64,000 bases of DNA from the NCBI GenBank assembly GCA_965285935.1, contig OZ260664.1, forward strand, positions 18,228,001 to 18,292,000, in the 5' to 3' direction. The notes under the pieces are model-generated. The model worked only from the letters and a program-made list of their open reading frames with translations, ran no database searches and was not told the DNA's origin. The position numbers and the translations under genes are program-made. This document shows positions 34,479 to 47,500 of the stretch, in pieces; positions within the stretch are counted from its first letter, which is position 1, and each line of letters starts with the position of its first letter. This DNA is from Ophelia neglecta. Its lineage: Eukaryota.

Positions 34479-37227
34479 CATCATTATGGTATTTAAATAC
34501 AACTGTAGTACACGCTATATTTTACACACAAGCAAATGCTCTGTTAGAAACTATTTTAGAGGTGTATTAATGCACTTTGTCGCAGCACTGTGAATCCACA
34601 CTACTTGTTACAAATGGTACATGAACTGTTCAATTATAAGACATTGCACTACTAATCAGGTGAGGTATTGGCAGCGGTATCCTACATCTTAATCGGTGTG
34701 TCAATCTAGAAAATATTACTATCGTTTTCCCAATAAAGAAAGGTTGCTTGGCTGGGCATACAAAGCGTGTTCTAGTCACGCTGTATGTCAATGATTACTG
34801 ACTTAATACTGTCAACCAAATTGTGATTAATCTTACTTCGGGAAAATAACAGTAATGAGGTAATTACATATTATCAATAAAAGAAACAGCTTTTGATGAT
34901 ATCCATGGGTCATTCGCTGGTGTAGGAACATCACTGGGTTGTCTTCTATGAACGATGAATGTTTTAGCCGATCAAGAGTTTGAACCAAATTCTTGGATTG
35001 GAAAAATGGACTCTAGGCCAGGATGTGAAGTGTCTAGCTACGGCTTTGGTAGCGAACTAGAGGCAATAACATTAATGCATTTGCCAAAAACAATGTAGAA
35101 TTTCAGAACAATGCAGTTAATCTTAAACTTTTCTTCCTTTACAACCCGTGTATAGCTGCCTCGTGTACCATGTGTTCTCATGATGCAATGTGCCCTTTCA
35201 GTCATATATTCTGTGAAGATGTTTGCAAATATTTATCTGATGTGCGTAATTGTTTCTGGTGTGTATTGATGGATACTGGAGATGTTGAAAATTTCATCAA
35301 ACTAGAAAACATGAGTGATATTGATGTTGCTGTAACGCTCCTGGGCAGTAGTACATGTATACCCTGCAATTAGACATGAAAGATGCTGACCAAGTGATGA
35401 TATTAGTTTGCCAATCTTTTGGGCCATTCTGTAGGCTCATATACAAGTATACTTATGTTAATCATTGAATTAAATAGCGTGATATGCTGTAAACGCTCAC
35501 CTTTTATAGCGTTATTGGTTTGATTTATTATGTATTTCATGTTGTTATAATTCATTGTACGATGTGCTTTTGCTCTCATTAGGTTGAGGAAAATAAACCT
35601 AATCAATCATATATACCAATGCTGCGTTTACTGTACATCATTGTGATAAGGGAAACTTGGAATGTACATAAAATCTCATTGCCCAAATGTACAGGTTCAC
35701 ATATCAAGTCAAATTAAAGCCCAATAGTAGTTTCTCAACTGGTGTCTCTTTGGTGGCGTTTCATAAGGTTGGTATTTCTTATGTGTTTGAAGTCTTTGAC
35801 AGTGGAACAATGGTAATCAGCTGTCTGCTTCATAGTTGCCATGCTGCAATTAAGTACAGAAGCGCCAAATAGGCTTTGTGAATTATTAGTAATATCATAC
35901 CTAAGTAACATCCTCTAATTATTGATGTACGCTACACAGGGTTTATAACTACCACGTAGTATAAAATTAATACAAGTCATGTCATATTCATTGCCAATAA
36001 GTCACAATTTGTGGCTAGCAAGCCAGTCACTAACGCAAAAGACTCCAAACACGCGAATTGCAAAGGGCTCGGAAGCACATGTATGGCAAAGGGTACGGAG
36101 CACTAATGCAACACTGTGCGGCTAGGCAGTGAGCCGTGGCCAGTAAATCAGCCAATACAAAAGGCCAGGAGCACTCAATCTGTCAGTCCGAAAATCTCTG
36201 ATTATATTGGTTGGTCATGCTGGACCAATATAAATGGCCTTCAAACATATCTATAACAGAATACACAGAACGCCATTTATAATGTCAGAGATTCTCAGAA
36301 CATCAACCTGTGTGTCAACCCAAAAATTGCAAAATGTTAGGAGTAAAGTGAGACTGACTAGCGAATAAAAAGCAATAAGAAGGTCGACCCCCAAAATAAT
36401 AATACACCTTAATAAAGATGTGTTGCTAGGTAAAACCGCTGCAGTTTCTAAGAGTGACTGGCAAACATTCAAAATTAACCACCCCTAGAGTTTCCAGACT
36501 TACGGTTACTCACAAACTGAGAGTAGGAATATATTTAGACACAAATAACAAGGTGCTGCTAAGCCAAAATATTGCACAGTTTCCGAGAGTGACAGGCAAA
36601 GAATATAAGCACTCTTAATTGTTAAGGTTCCCAGACTTAATTTTGCACATAAAACAATAGAGGTGTGGCTGGGTTTAGATAATTGCTTTTAAATAAATGT
36701 AAATATTGAAAGGTCACTCCAACTTCTCTTCAAATATATTGAAATATGATCTAAATAGAATGCAGCTTATTGTGGGGGTCCTCTAGTAAAATCCTAAAGC
36801 CAATATATTAGCAACCAACCTACGTTTAAACCTGATATGCAAACATTAAATGTACGCCCCGGAGAGGAGTTAACGCAATACGAATGGTCATGCTAAATGG
36901 ACATGTTTTATTGGAAGTCTTCGTTCGGAAAGAAGTAATAGAATACAAAGTTGGAAAAAATTAAAAACACTTGTGTGGAAAAGAGAACTATGATCAATAA
37001 ATCATTTTCTCGAGTATAAACGATGCTGTATCAATAACCACTTTTAAATTGTACTTAATCGAATGATACGATTATGAATACAAACATCATTGTTTATTCA
37101 CATTTGCTTACTTAAATTCAAATGGGCTTATTGGTACGAAAACACATAGGATTCACAATAAATGAACACAGATAGTCATTTTACATGGCAATGAGGATAG
37201 ACAAATAGTGTTGTATGTCCCCTCTCC
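34479..37227 (+). repeat. 2.7-kb direct repeat, copy 2
   Basis: Near-identical to 31363-34101; separated from it by a unique 377-bp spacer. Confidence 0.97.
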
Positions 37228-37478
37228 TTAGACAATCCGATACAAGACGAAAACAATGAAACCATGATGAAAATAAATGTTAATTATAACGTAACATGTC
37301 GACAATAAAGAAAACAATGTTAATATTATTACATTAAGTGTTCTAGATTTTTATACCTCTTACTTTCAAAGATCTTTGAATGATAGTTGTTCTATTAAAT
37401 GTTAAACAGAGCTTAGTGGATTGGCGCGGTACATGTCTGTGGATTTGTAAAGAGACAAATTAGTTGTTCCCGACATTG

Positions 37479-37558
37479 ATAATATCACGTTGCTTTCGGA
37501 AAAACAACGTGATGTTATGAAGGTCTTCCGACCTTTATAACATCACGTTGTTTTCGGA
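37479..37558. repeat. Three-arm inverted repeat with a 25-bp palindromic stem
   Basis: 37501-37525 pairs with 37530-37554 (24/25, TTCC loop); 37479-37500 is a direct repeat of 37537-37558. Confidence 0.9.
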
Positions 37559-39812
37559 AATACATATACTGTTCCTCAACGAATTAAGTACAGAGTAATT
37601 GAGCGGCTTGCTCTGTTCATCAGTCGATCTCACATAAACCTATTAACAGAAGTTACCAGCTTTCTACTATATTCACGATTTATGAAATCACCACAACGTG
37701 TGTTGTATGGGTGTGAACGTGTGTCTTTTAGCCTTAAAGAAACCAGGATTGATTTTATTTGCACATCACAGTACGACAAGGGTACTATGTTTATTAAAAA
37801 GTCAATAAAGCTTCGAAATGCCACAGCACTACCCAGGATAGACAAATTATTACCGTGATTACTTTTGGAAGTCACATTGTAACGTCGCATGCTAGATTAG
37901 GATTCCTGTTCCCTGCCTAGTAGCCAGTGCTATGTGGCAAGGATGGTTGCCCATAAGCTGCTGCTACCAGCCTCCATTGAATTGTCTACACATATGGGTC
38001 GTAAAGACAACTGGCCAGGACATCACACACGAAAGGATGGGCAGTGACCATGAAAATGTAAAATGTTAGAGGAGGTGTAATATATCATTTTACAGGTTGC
38101 TGGCGAACCACGTTGCCATTTTGACAGTCACCTAAAATCAGATAGTATGAATAATTTTCTATTGTACGTTGGAGATAACTGCCACCACCAGCCCCCCCCC
38201 CTCCGCCACCCCCACACCTCCATCTTACCCAACTCGCCCCCACCCCCACCACCATCCCTATTTCTCCAACCATTCATACACTGACCTCGCCATAAAACGG
38301 CTAACTGTGGACCGTTCGAGTAATATTGCGATCCTGAAGGAAAGGGTCTTTCGAAGGCTATTGATAACCTGTCATATCATGTCTTGTGTTCTTACGCTTC
38401 GCTGACTGTATTCCGTGAAACTGCCCCTTGAGACTGCAAAGCCTATATAAGCTAAATATTTTGAATAATTCCAAGGCACTAAACACAAATATACAGCCCA
38501 TTACACCGCTTTTATTACAAATATGCAACGATCGGCTCGGGTTGGTTTGTTACACATGCATCTTAAGTAGATATTGTCCTATCCGGCAAAAAACGCGGAT
38601 ACGATGCCCATCAGTTAATGCGAAATCAAATCGAGAATTGTCCCAGTTCATCAGGAACATTCAGATGTAGGTTTACAGCCAAATCAATGCTTCGGCATCA
38701 TTTATTATATGTTTATACGTAAACCGTGTTATTAATAACCGATTGATTTGCAATCGAGGCATATTATTGGGCAAATGTCTAGCTTTATATTACCGTGCTT
38801 ATGGTTCTCATGGAACCTTGTAATAAAATTTAGCCTCATTATCATTGATGGTTAATCTAGTTTATAAATCATGTTTTAAATCCTTCAGTTAACAAGAAAA
38901 TAGCGTATAAAACGTTGCCTTTTCACAACAAAATTTCTTATTCGTCTAATGACGTGTGAATTCAGTCAAATGTAACAAGCATTAAGACAGCGACTTTCAA
39001 TCCTGTCTTTTGTAACAAAATCGATTTTTTCCCTGATTCGTCTTTTAGAAGCACAGTTGTTTGGACGAGATGTCTATTTCGACAATCCCATTTATATATC
39101 ATTTGATTGCCGTAACTGGCCAGAGCGCTGAACGATTATTCAAAATCAGTTCACGCTCAATGAATGAAGATGGGAGTAAATCTCGGGTTACATCTAGTTC
39201 AATGGATTCCTATCGTAATCGATATTTGTGTATGATCAATCAACCGAGTTTGTGCATAAATGGTTATTATATGTTCCAATTTTTGTCTGGTCTGTGTGCC
39301 ACATACAATTAGAAAGTGATGTTCAAAGAAATCCATTGAGTGTAAGGAGAAGCATATATTAACCCCATTCCAATATTAAACGCGCCTGGCGTGAATGCTA
39401 TCAGTGGATGAGCCTGATCTCCATTCAAGATTCATTTAGGAGACTGCCGCGCTCGACCAGTTTTCTGGCAAGATGCAATGGACACATCAGAACACAATTC
39501 GACAGAGATTTCTCAGTGTGTGTGTCCTCAATCCGCATGTGGAATGACTGATAGGGTTAAGTAACTCGTCAAAAGGTAGATCCATTTGTTTATCATAAAG
39601 TTAAATGTCGAGGGAACCGGCGGTGATGTTTATTTACAACAGAAAGGAACAAATAACTATAATATTATAACAAATAGTATCAAACACAGCCCAAATAGAA
39701 CATTCAGTGTCCGATGTTTACTGTGGCAAGTGACCTTAACCTTTGAAACTTCCTACCGTACTTCTGTCAGCATGCGTCTCTCGCACCTAGTAAGTAGTGA
39801 AGAAACACAAAC

Positions 39813-39995
39813 CTGTCCACTCTCTGTAAAATTTCCCCACACATCTTGTTTTTGATTTTTGTTGTTACTCCCATGCTGTGAGTTGACCGTCTTTCAACAT
39901 AGGCCCTGACGAGGACCTCCTCCTCCCGTGCACTCCAATTTTTTGAGGCGTGAACTGGGCTCGGACGCGTCGTCTGCTGGAGAGTGGGGATCCAT
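39813..39995 (-). pseudogene. Myb/SANT-like DNA-binding domain relic (Harbinger accessory ORF / NAIF1-type)
   Basis: MDPHSPADDASEPSSR, then a 1-nt frameshift, then KNWSAREEEVLVRAYVERR..HSMGVTTKIKNKMCGEILQRVD, followed by AG|gtttgt. Fits the (K/R)NW/FS..E...LV....R...GVT...K...W.EI...VN pattern, with the conserved Trp changed to Cys. Confidence 0.65.
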
Positions 39996-42900
39996 TTTTC
40001 TTTTCTCTGCGTCTCTGACAACAGGGTGACGCATGCGCGTAGGTAGTAAATAGCGGAAAGGCCCCTCCATGTGAATTTGCAATTTGGTCGCGACTTTCGA
40101 TTTAATCCGATAAAGCATTTGGTAATAGGTATTAAGTATTTGCTAATAGGACTAACTAATCGGGCCTTATGGACTTTAGACATATGGACTTTAAAGCAAC
40201 CGTTTGAATCAGGATTGTATGCTTTATATTTAACTCATATTTGAAAAAGAATGGTACTCTAAAATTCTCACTGTTCTATCGAACTAGTTCTGTCAAGATT
40301 GTTCCTTAACAGCCATGATCATAAAATCAATAGAGGGCGTCTCTCGGAGCCAGGTTTCACAACCAGCACTAGAATTTGCTAAATGAGTAATACTTATTTA
40401 TAGGATCGGCATCATTTCATTCCTAAACTTAAAATACCAAAAATGTGATTTTTTACAAGGTACACATTCCTAGAGGTGGAAAACTTCGAACAGCATTGCA
40501 TTAATGGTATATGCAGCGAGTATGATCACCCAATTTTTAAGGGCACCCTCCAGGGTGACGGGTATAATTTGGAATGACACTTTATCTTCGTGTGGCAAGA
40601 AATTCGTGTGCAAACAAAATCCAAATATTTTAATATATCGGTTTAAAAATAATCAATTGGGGCAGACATTTGTATGAATTGTTACATTTCAAGCTTGTGC
40701 AGAAACCTACTTATTTTTGGATCTTAGGCATACAATGCCCTACCAAACTTCTTTCCTATATTCAAGCATTGTTTACCGGTCTCCCGCAGCGTGCAGTAAT
40801 ATATTTAACCAAGCAAACGAAGAAACATTTCATGGCTTTGCTGTCAGCAATTGTAAGCTTCAGATTTCTCATGAATTGCTGCTCTGCATAGTGAGAGCTT
40901 AGCATACAAGAATCTGCACATATGTAGCTTGCCGTGTATATAGCTTTGGCTTTTTCCTGGCGCCTATTGGCGCTTTGAGAGATTTTGCTGCTGGGAAAGC
41001 CGCCGCCAAAGTAGAAAAGGAGATTGACGTCAGCGACTGGCATAATGACAACTGAAACAGGGCTAGGTAAAGAACTAGTCTCTTAACACATATTTAACTA
41101 AAAGGCAAGGGTCAAGGAAAACCAATTAAGCCCATTGTAAACCATCTTGCCCCTTGAACTTAGCTTTTTGTCTTCAGAATAAGTCTTTTCTTTCTTGTGC
41201 ATTAATGATGTACAAGATACAATATTATACAGTCCGAAGTAATAAGTGTACAATGAGATAATATAGTGGCGGAATGTGTGTGAAATGCATGCCCCTACTT
41301 GTTTGATAACTACTTATCTCGATGGATACTCAACGAAAAAAAAATTAACACGTTCAAATGTTTTACAAATAAACTTTGTTTGTATAATCCAATTTCGTTT
41401 TGTATTTGTGCGGCAAAATTATCCACAAAAAGCATTTAGGTTATAATAGTTTAAACAATTATTGCGAGGCTAGCCCCATCTTATATGCGTATAACCTTCT
41501 AGCTTTTCTTCGTCATTCCGTGGAACTGGCGAGCCGGAAGGACATTTGATCCAAGGCAGAGAGAGTCCGGGACTCATAAACGTCAAGTTGTTTGTTAAGC
41601 AATGCATTATTCAGTAACTCCACGCGAGTTTTACTTGTGTAGCCACTAAATTATAGCAGTCAAAAGGAAATTGGCAGCTTTTGCATTTAACTGTGGCATT
41701 TGGTTAGAGCTGGAAAATATCTCAGTTGTAAAATCATAGAACTTCGACATGGGAATTTTGCTGATGTAAATTTTATTCAGAGATTTCCCTGCAAGAGTAA
41801 TACCACACAAACAGCTGCCACTTACGCAATATTATCACACGTATTCCAACTCTAGGGATACATAACTTTGCGTGAAGCACTATTCATTACAGTGTCCGAA
41901 CATTTGACGCCGAGCTCAAGGCTTAAAACATTTTTTGGTAACAAAATTATTTGTTCTTTTTCGGACCTATTTTATGAACTATTCTTGATCACTGATTTGG
42001 TATGCCTGCTGGGTATGCACCACTATTTTGCGTATAGGTGGACCAGAATTCTTTATTTAGGAATAGGATTTTGATAGATGTATATACTCAGTTCTCTAAA
42101 ATGAAACACCTGCAACGATAAATTTAACAAAACCAGGCTTTCTTTTTCATTTGCCATCTTTGATTAATTAAACCATTGCTTGAGCTATGAGCTAAATAAA
42201 TTTCATTTTTTTCGTATGTGCCAGGTTAAGGGTCAAATTGAGTATTCTTGATTTAACATGTTACATTTTCTTTCATCATTACAGCTTTGCATGATTAATC
42301 GCTATGGTTTATACGCACGAACAGTGGAACATGCTTTGCGTCTAGATAAAATGGATATCATATTCACCTACATCAGCATACATTAATCATTCAAAGAAAG
42401 CCAATCGGGAGGGCTAATACCCTGAGAGCACTGATGTAGGGACAGAGGACAACGTGTGAACCCATTAGTCAGGTGATTTCTATTGATGAAAAAATATCCC
42501 CATACCGAACACATCTGCCACAGCATCCAATTGTTCTAGCGTTTTAGTCGGGTTAGGTTATGTGTTATTTCGTTCTGGCATTTTTATAGTTGCTTCCTTG
42601 AGTATTTACGGGTTGGAGAGGATAATTTTGCTCGCTTAAGACCAGCTGCGCACCATATCAGATAAATTATGATATACATGGGAAATAGGGGTATATAGTG
42701 AAACTTGTGGTAAAGACCACCTCTGTATCTAGTCAACAATATGCACTATTATACCAATACAAATATGACAATGTTGAATAATTGCAATATAAAATATCCT
42801 GTTTTAACATAAAACCTTCCTAGATCGACTAAATTTTGTCGTTCTATTCCTATTTTTTATTTATGTAGATATATAGAGTAAGAATCGTAATTTCTGCACA

Positions 42901-44428
42901 TTTTGTATTTTGCGAATAGTATAAATCCATAATGATAATAGTTGCAGTCGCTGAGTATATTAAGTAGCAGAATGTGAATTTTTCTGTGCGTTAAGATAAA
43001 AAAAGTACCTATTTTTCATGATTAAATGCATATTTATCAACATTAGCATGGTATATCGAGTACTTTCCAGGAGCTTCATCCGGTTATAAAATAATGTTTC
43101 TACATCCATGAGAGACAGTTAGTTGATGAATATAGGAGTTTCTATTGACTAGTTAGTAACATAAGAACAGTTATATGCTAAAAGCTTAGTGTTTTCATTT
43201 TAAGTAACTCTATTCATTCTTGGTTTATTCAAGCTGTGGTTATTTAAACCCAACTTCAGTTACCGGTTTCAAAGCACTGCGTGACGCGGCGATACGATTT
43301 GTTCCTGTTTACTAACTCACGCGGTGAGTCTTACCACTAACAGTCAATGTAAGAGCGTCACAGTGCAACATTCTTTCATATTATATATGCAGCTATATTG
43401 AAACTCAGAGAGATGTGGATATTAATAACCGCTAAGGCATGTGCAAATGCTAGAAAGGTGTGCAAAATTGGGCTTGATATTATATTTCCCATAGTTTGTT
43501 TGCAGGACATATTGTTAACGTCTTCCTCGACCTTTGGTTGTTAGGTTTTACACAATTAATCTTTAAAACCTCTGGGATATGATAAACGTCTTTCATAACG
43601 TAATCCTCGAGCAGATAACAATGTCTACGTACGTGTATAAAAATATAGCCGAGAATATCTAGTCTATACACCATTCACCTTCGCCAATATTATAACCGGC
43701 TTATTTTTCCGCCGACAGCGAACAATGAAACACCTTTCGATATATTGCATTTTTTCTTCAGCGTGGTCAATAATTGAGTCCGAAAAAAACATGTTCTATG
43801 CCAATTAGATAGTTAAACACGTATCACTTTTGTTTTATTCAAATGTGGGTTCAGTTTAAAAGCAATCGCCCGTCTCGCCCTGTAAACTTCGCAGTTTTTA
43901 ATCATTTAATCATCGCTTCTCTAAACAGCAACAAAAACACATGTTAAAACTTTCTCCTATCTCCTATCGCCAGTTACAGCAGTAGAAGAACGACTACCAG
44001 TGATTTATGTTTCTACTGTGTGATATTTCCGATGGGAACAGCATGAAATTATCTAGGCAACCATCTAATTGATGCAGTACATTTGCTGTCAGCGTGCTTT
44101 TATTACCACAAAGTCACAAATTACTAACATAATTATACGGAAATTAAAGACAAAAACGGTGCTTGATCATGCGCTTTAATTATGAGGAACTACAAAGATA
44201 TGCGATGACACATGTCATGCCTAGTTCAAGGCCACAGCTGCTGGACTAGTACACGTTTGAAAAAAATCATCAATTTATCTGAGTTGGAAGCTACACGCCG
44301 ATGTAATTAAGCTTTCGTCATGTATGATCTCTAATAGTAAATTATCTAAATCCAAGACCAAGAAGTACAAACTAACAACTTTGTATGTAACATATTCGGG
44401 ATGCCTTGGCAGGCGACGATACGTCAAG

Positions 44429-44507
44429 GTCTATGATGTTTTGTGCTGTCTATGATGTTTTGTGCTGTCTATGATGTTTTGTGTTGTCAATGATGTTTTT
44501 GTGCTGT
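44429..44507. repeat. 19-bp minisatellite (GTCTATGATGTTTTGTGCT) x4
   Basis: Four adjacent units read directly; the last two carry substitutions or an indel. Confidence 0.92.
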
Positions 44508-47500
44508 TATCTAACTGCGGGGCCGCCCTATTCTTGGATAATATTCCCGATACCTTTGTAGATTAATTCTTCTCGGAAATGTGTATAATAAGGTACTCAA
44601 GAAATAATATACATTGCACAAGATACAAAAACAGGGCTGTCCTTCCTGAACCAACTAAGATCCCCGATAAAGGAAATTTAACCCATATTTGTGGCCTTCT
44701 GTCCATCCATTCTTAATTAGTTTATAACATATTAACAGGACCGCAAATCGCCGCAGCAAATTTTGCACTGTCATATTTAGGTTCACCATTGTGGTCTCAT
44801 TTCGCAAAATTCTTCCGGGCTATTCCTGGTTCAACTGGGGACTGCTAGTGCGGAAGGTACTGCTGATCACGACGTTTTACCTGAACCCCATAATTTGCTC
44901 ATGACGACACCATGTGCTATAGAAGTAAACGCGTGAACTTTCGGACGTACGTGAATATGACGAAGGATAAATCTGCCCTAGGATAGATGTGGATTTAACG
45001 TCACCTACATTGTTTTCTAGATACGCAGTATTGTTCACTAATATAACACCATAAAATGTATATCTGCCCTCTATCACCGTCTCATATCTATGACCATCTC
45101 ATATCTTCACAGTGGGGGGTGGGGGGTAGGGGGTGGGGGTAAATAATAACCACATTTGGCGGTAGCAGTGTTGGCCCATTGCCACAATAAAAGTATTACA
45201 ACGCTGATATGACGACTGGTTATGTTGACGCTGGGATCTTCGGCCAGTACACCCAAAGCAATGAGCAACAAGATTGCATAGAGCGAGTAATCTGACGCTA
45301 TCGGCCTTTGAAACAACAGTGCATTGTTATCAAATGGCGGGCAACTCCGGTGTAAATTTGGAAGTCAAGCAGTGAGTGTGAACTTCGAATAACAGTATTT
45401 TGCTTTTTGTTAACAGAAGGAAGGACTGGCAGTGGAATAAGGTAGGAGTAATAGTACTTTATAATAAGGTGTATAGGATTGCAGATGCTATTAATTCATA
45501 CTGGTCTTGTATATATCGTGGACAACAGTGAATAGACATGGATGCTAATTTGCAACATAGATTGAAACAAAACAAGGATGAAGAGGGGGTGCTCATGAGT
45601 TTTATATCCAACACATTTTTAAGGTGAGATTGCTTCGATATTTATCAATACGAACATGACTTAATGTATATTTATTGTAGGTGATACTAGCAAAGCTCCT
45701 TTAAATTTATAGCACGTTTTCTCCATGTACGCCACCGCCGACAAGGCACTGCATATGTAAGTGTAATAATAAACATGATTAACCCAACAAAGTCCAAACC
45801 ACAAATAAATCAGTGTGTCTAAGTGCATGACACATGCTAATGTCCTATTAAAGGGGCACTCTAATATGCGTTAGCTTTGCTTAAGCCATTTTCATATGGA
45901 TTTATTTGCTATTTGGAGCTCTTATTTCAATTTAATCAAGATATATATATGCAGCTAAAAGAAGAACATGTCCCGATTGATATGATATCTAGATAAGACC
46001 AGATAAATTGATACACGGTTGTTAGACAAAAGTATTTGACCGTTTAGCCTGATATGGTATTCCATACTATGGGTAAGCTGTTTACAGTTTCTACGTTATT
46101 GAACATTCCTTGAACTGGGGAACGTTGAGTTGCCTCTGAAAGCTTGAAGTGGGCGAATAGAAGTATTGCTTGCATACCAGCTTTGGTGAATGTTGCTAGG
46201 TTATTTGGTTTTAAGATTTTATCAAATGGCGTATATCTTATAGCCATAATTACAGGTTTACAAAATATATGCCTAATCATTTAGACCATGGCGAAAATAT
46301 AGCTAAGCAAGCTTATGCATGTTTGCATGTTTACTAACGAATACTACACGTACATGTTTGTTAATCATCCCAAGGTCATATCGTACTTTCCGCCACCTCG
46401 ATTGACGTATCTGTTTTAATATTGTTTCCCTCTTACAGCAAATAGAAAACGATGTTGCTTCATTGGCCAAACATTTGGTCAGTTAGCCATCAGCTTTATT
46501 ATTTTTCATAACTTTAGTCCATAAAAAGCCACATGGATAAATGTGTTGCATTGTTCCAAAACCAATTAAAACAAATGGAGTGCTAACATAATTTGTCATT
46601 GTTTCAGTATCTGACAAAATATATGTCAGCAATTTATCCTTTGATAAATATTTTTTTTGTATATGGGATTGTCTGTGCAGGTTTCTATTCATAATCCTGT
46701 GCCCTTGAAACAAATGCGGCTTAAATATTTTGCATTTTCTTTCATATATCGGGAATGCCCTAGTTACATGTTTGGTATGGCCAGTGTTGTTATCAACACC
46801 GAATTATATATGTGATGCAGTGCCCTGGGTGCGCTTTCTTCCGGACACTACGGCTGCCAGCCAAAACCCGCACTTGGGTCGTGCACGTCACATGCATGAT
46901 TATTGGACATCGTTCTGGAGCCGAGGGCAACTGTGCCAAACAATGACAGAAAAATCAAAGTAAACAGAAGACCCTCCCGGGCACTTCGTATACCTTGGTC
47001 ATTCCAAAACCCACCCGACGATGTGGGTGGATTGTTTTGCCGACACGAGTCACCTGCCACATACCCATCATAGACCTTTCTGCTACATATAAATAGAACA
47101 TACAATTGTACGAGTCGATATCTAGACCCAATTGTTTTTCAGTTATTACCCTGTTAGACCATTTTATTACGTATTGAAAATGAATTATGCGAACACTTTA
47201 TATAAAGAGATGAACAAATATGAACTTATATATAACATAAACCTGGTGTATTACTCGTAAACAGCTTTCAACGACAGACTCTCTAAAACGTGGAACCTTC
47301 AACATATTATATTTCTTCTTGACATCACTTACCTGGGAAGTGCGTTTACTTTACAGAGTAGCGTGTAGTATAATTTTATATATTAGTAGACAATCATATA
47401 TTGATTTGGTATCAGCCTTGAATATCCGTTCATTTCGATATCAGAATAACATGCTAGGGATTTCAATTTAGCATGAACAAAAGAAGTTAGCTTGAATATA

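Noticed and set aside
31363-37227. LTR retrotransposon or Helitron interpretation of the direct repeats
   Set aside because: No TG...CA ends, PBS/PPT, TSD, gag/pol remnant or CTRR 3' end with hairpin.
44429-44507. CRISPR-like array (also 31237-31345)
   Set aside because: Eukaryotic DNA; the units are head-to-tail without unique spacers and there are no cas genes.
46044-46280. LINE reverse transcriptase C-terminal remnants (NSLP..WN; also ~53350 NSLPVRVV)
   Set aside because: Only 4-5 residue resemblances to the WN.LP motif, with no upstream RT sequence or tail.
47325-47336. U1 snRNA 5' end (ACTTACCTGG)
   Set aside because: No U1 body follows; it is simply a minus-strand CAG|GTAAGT donor-like match.
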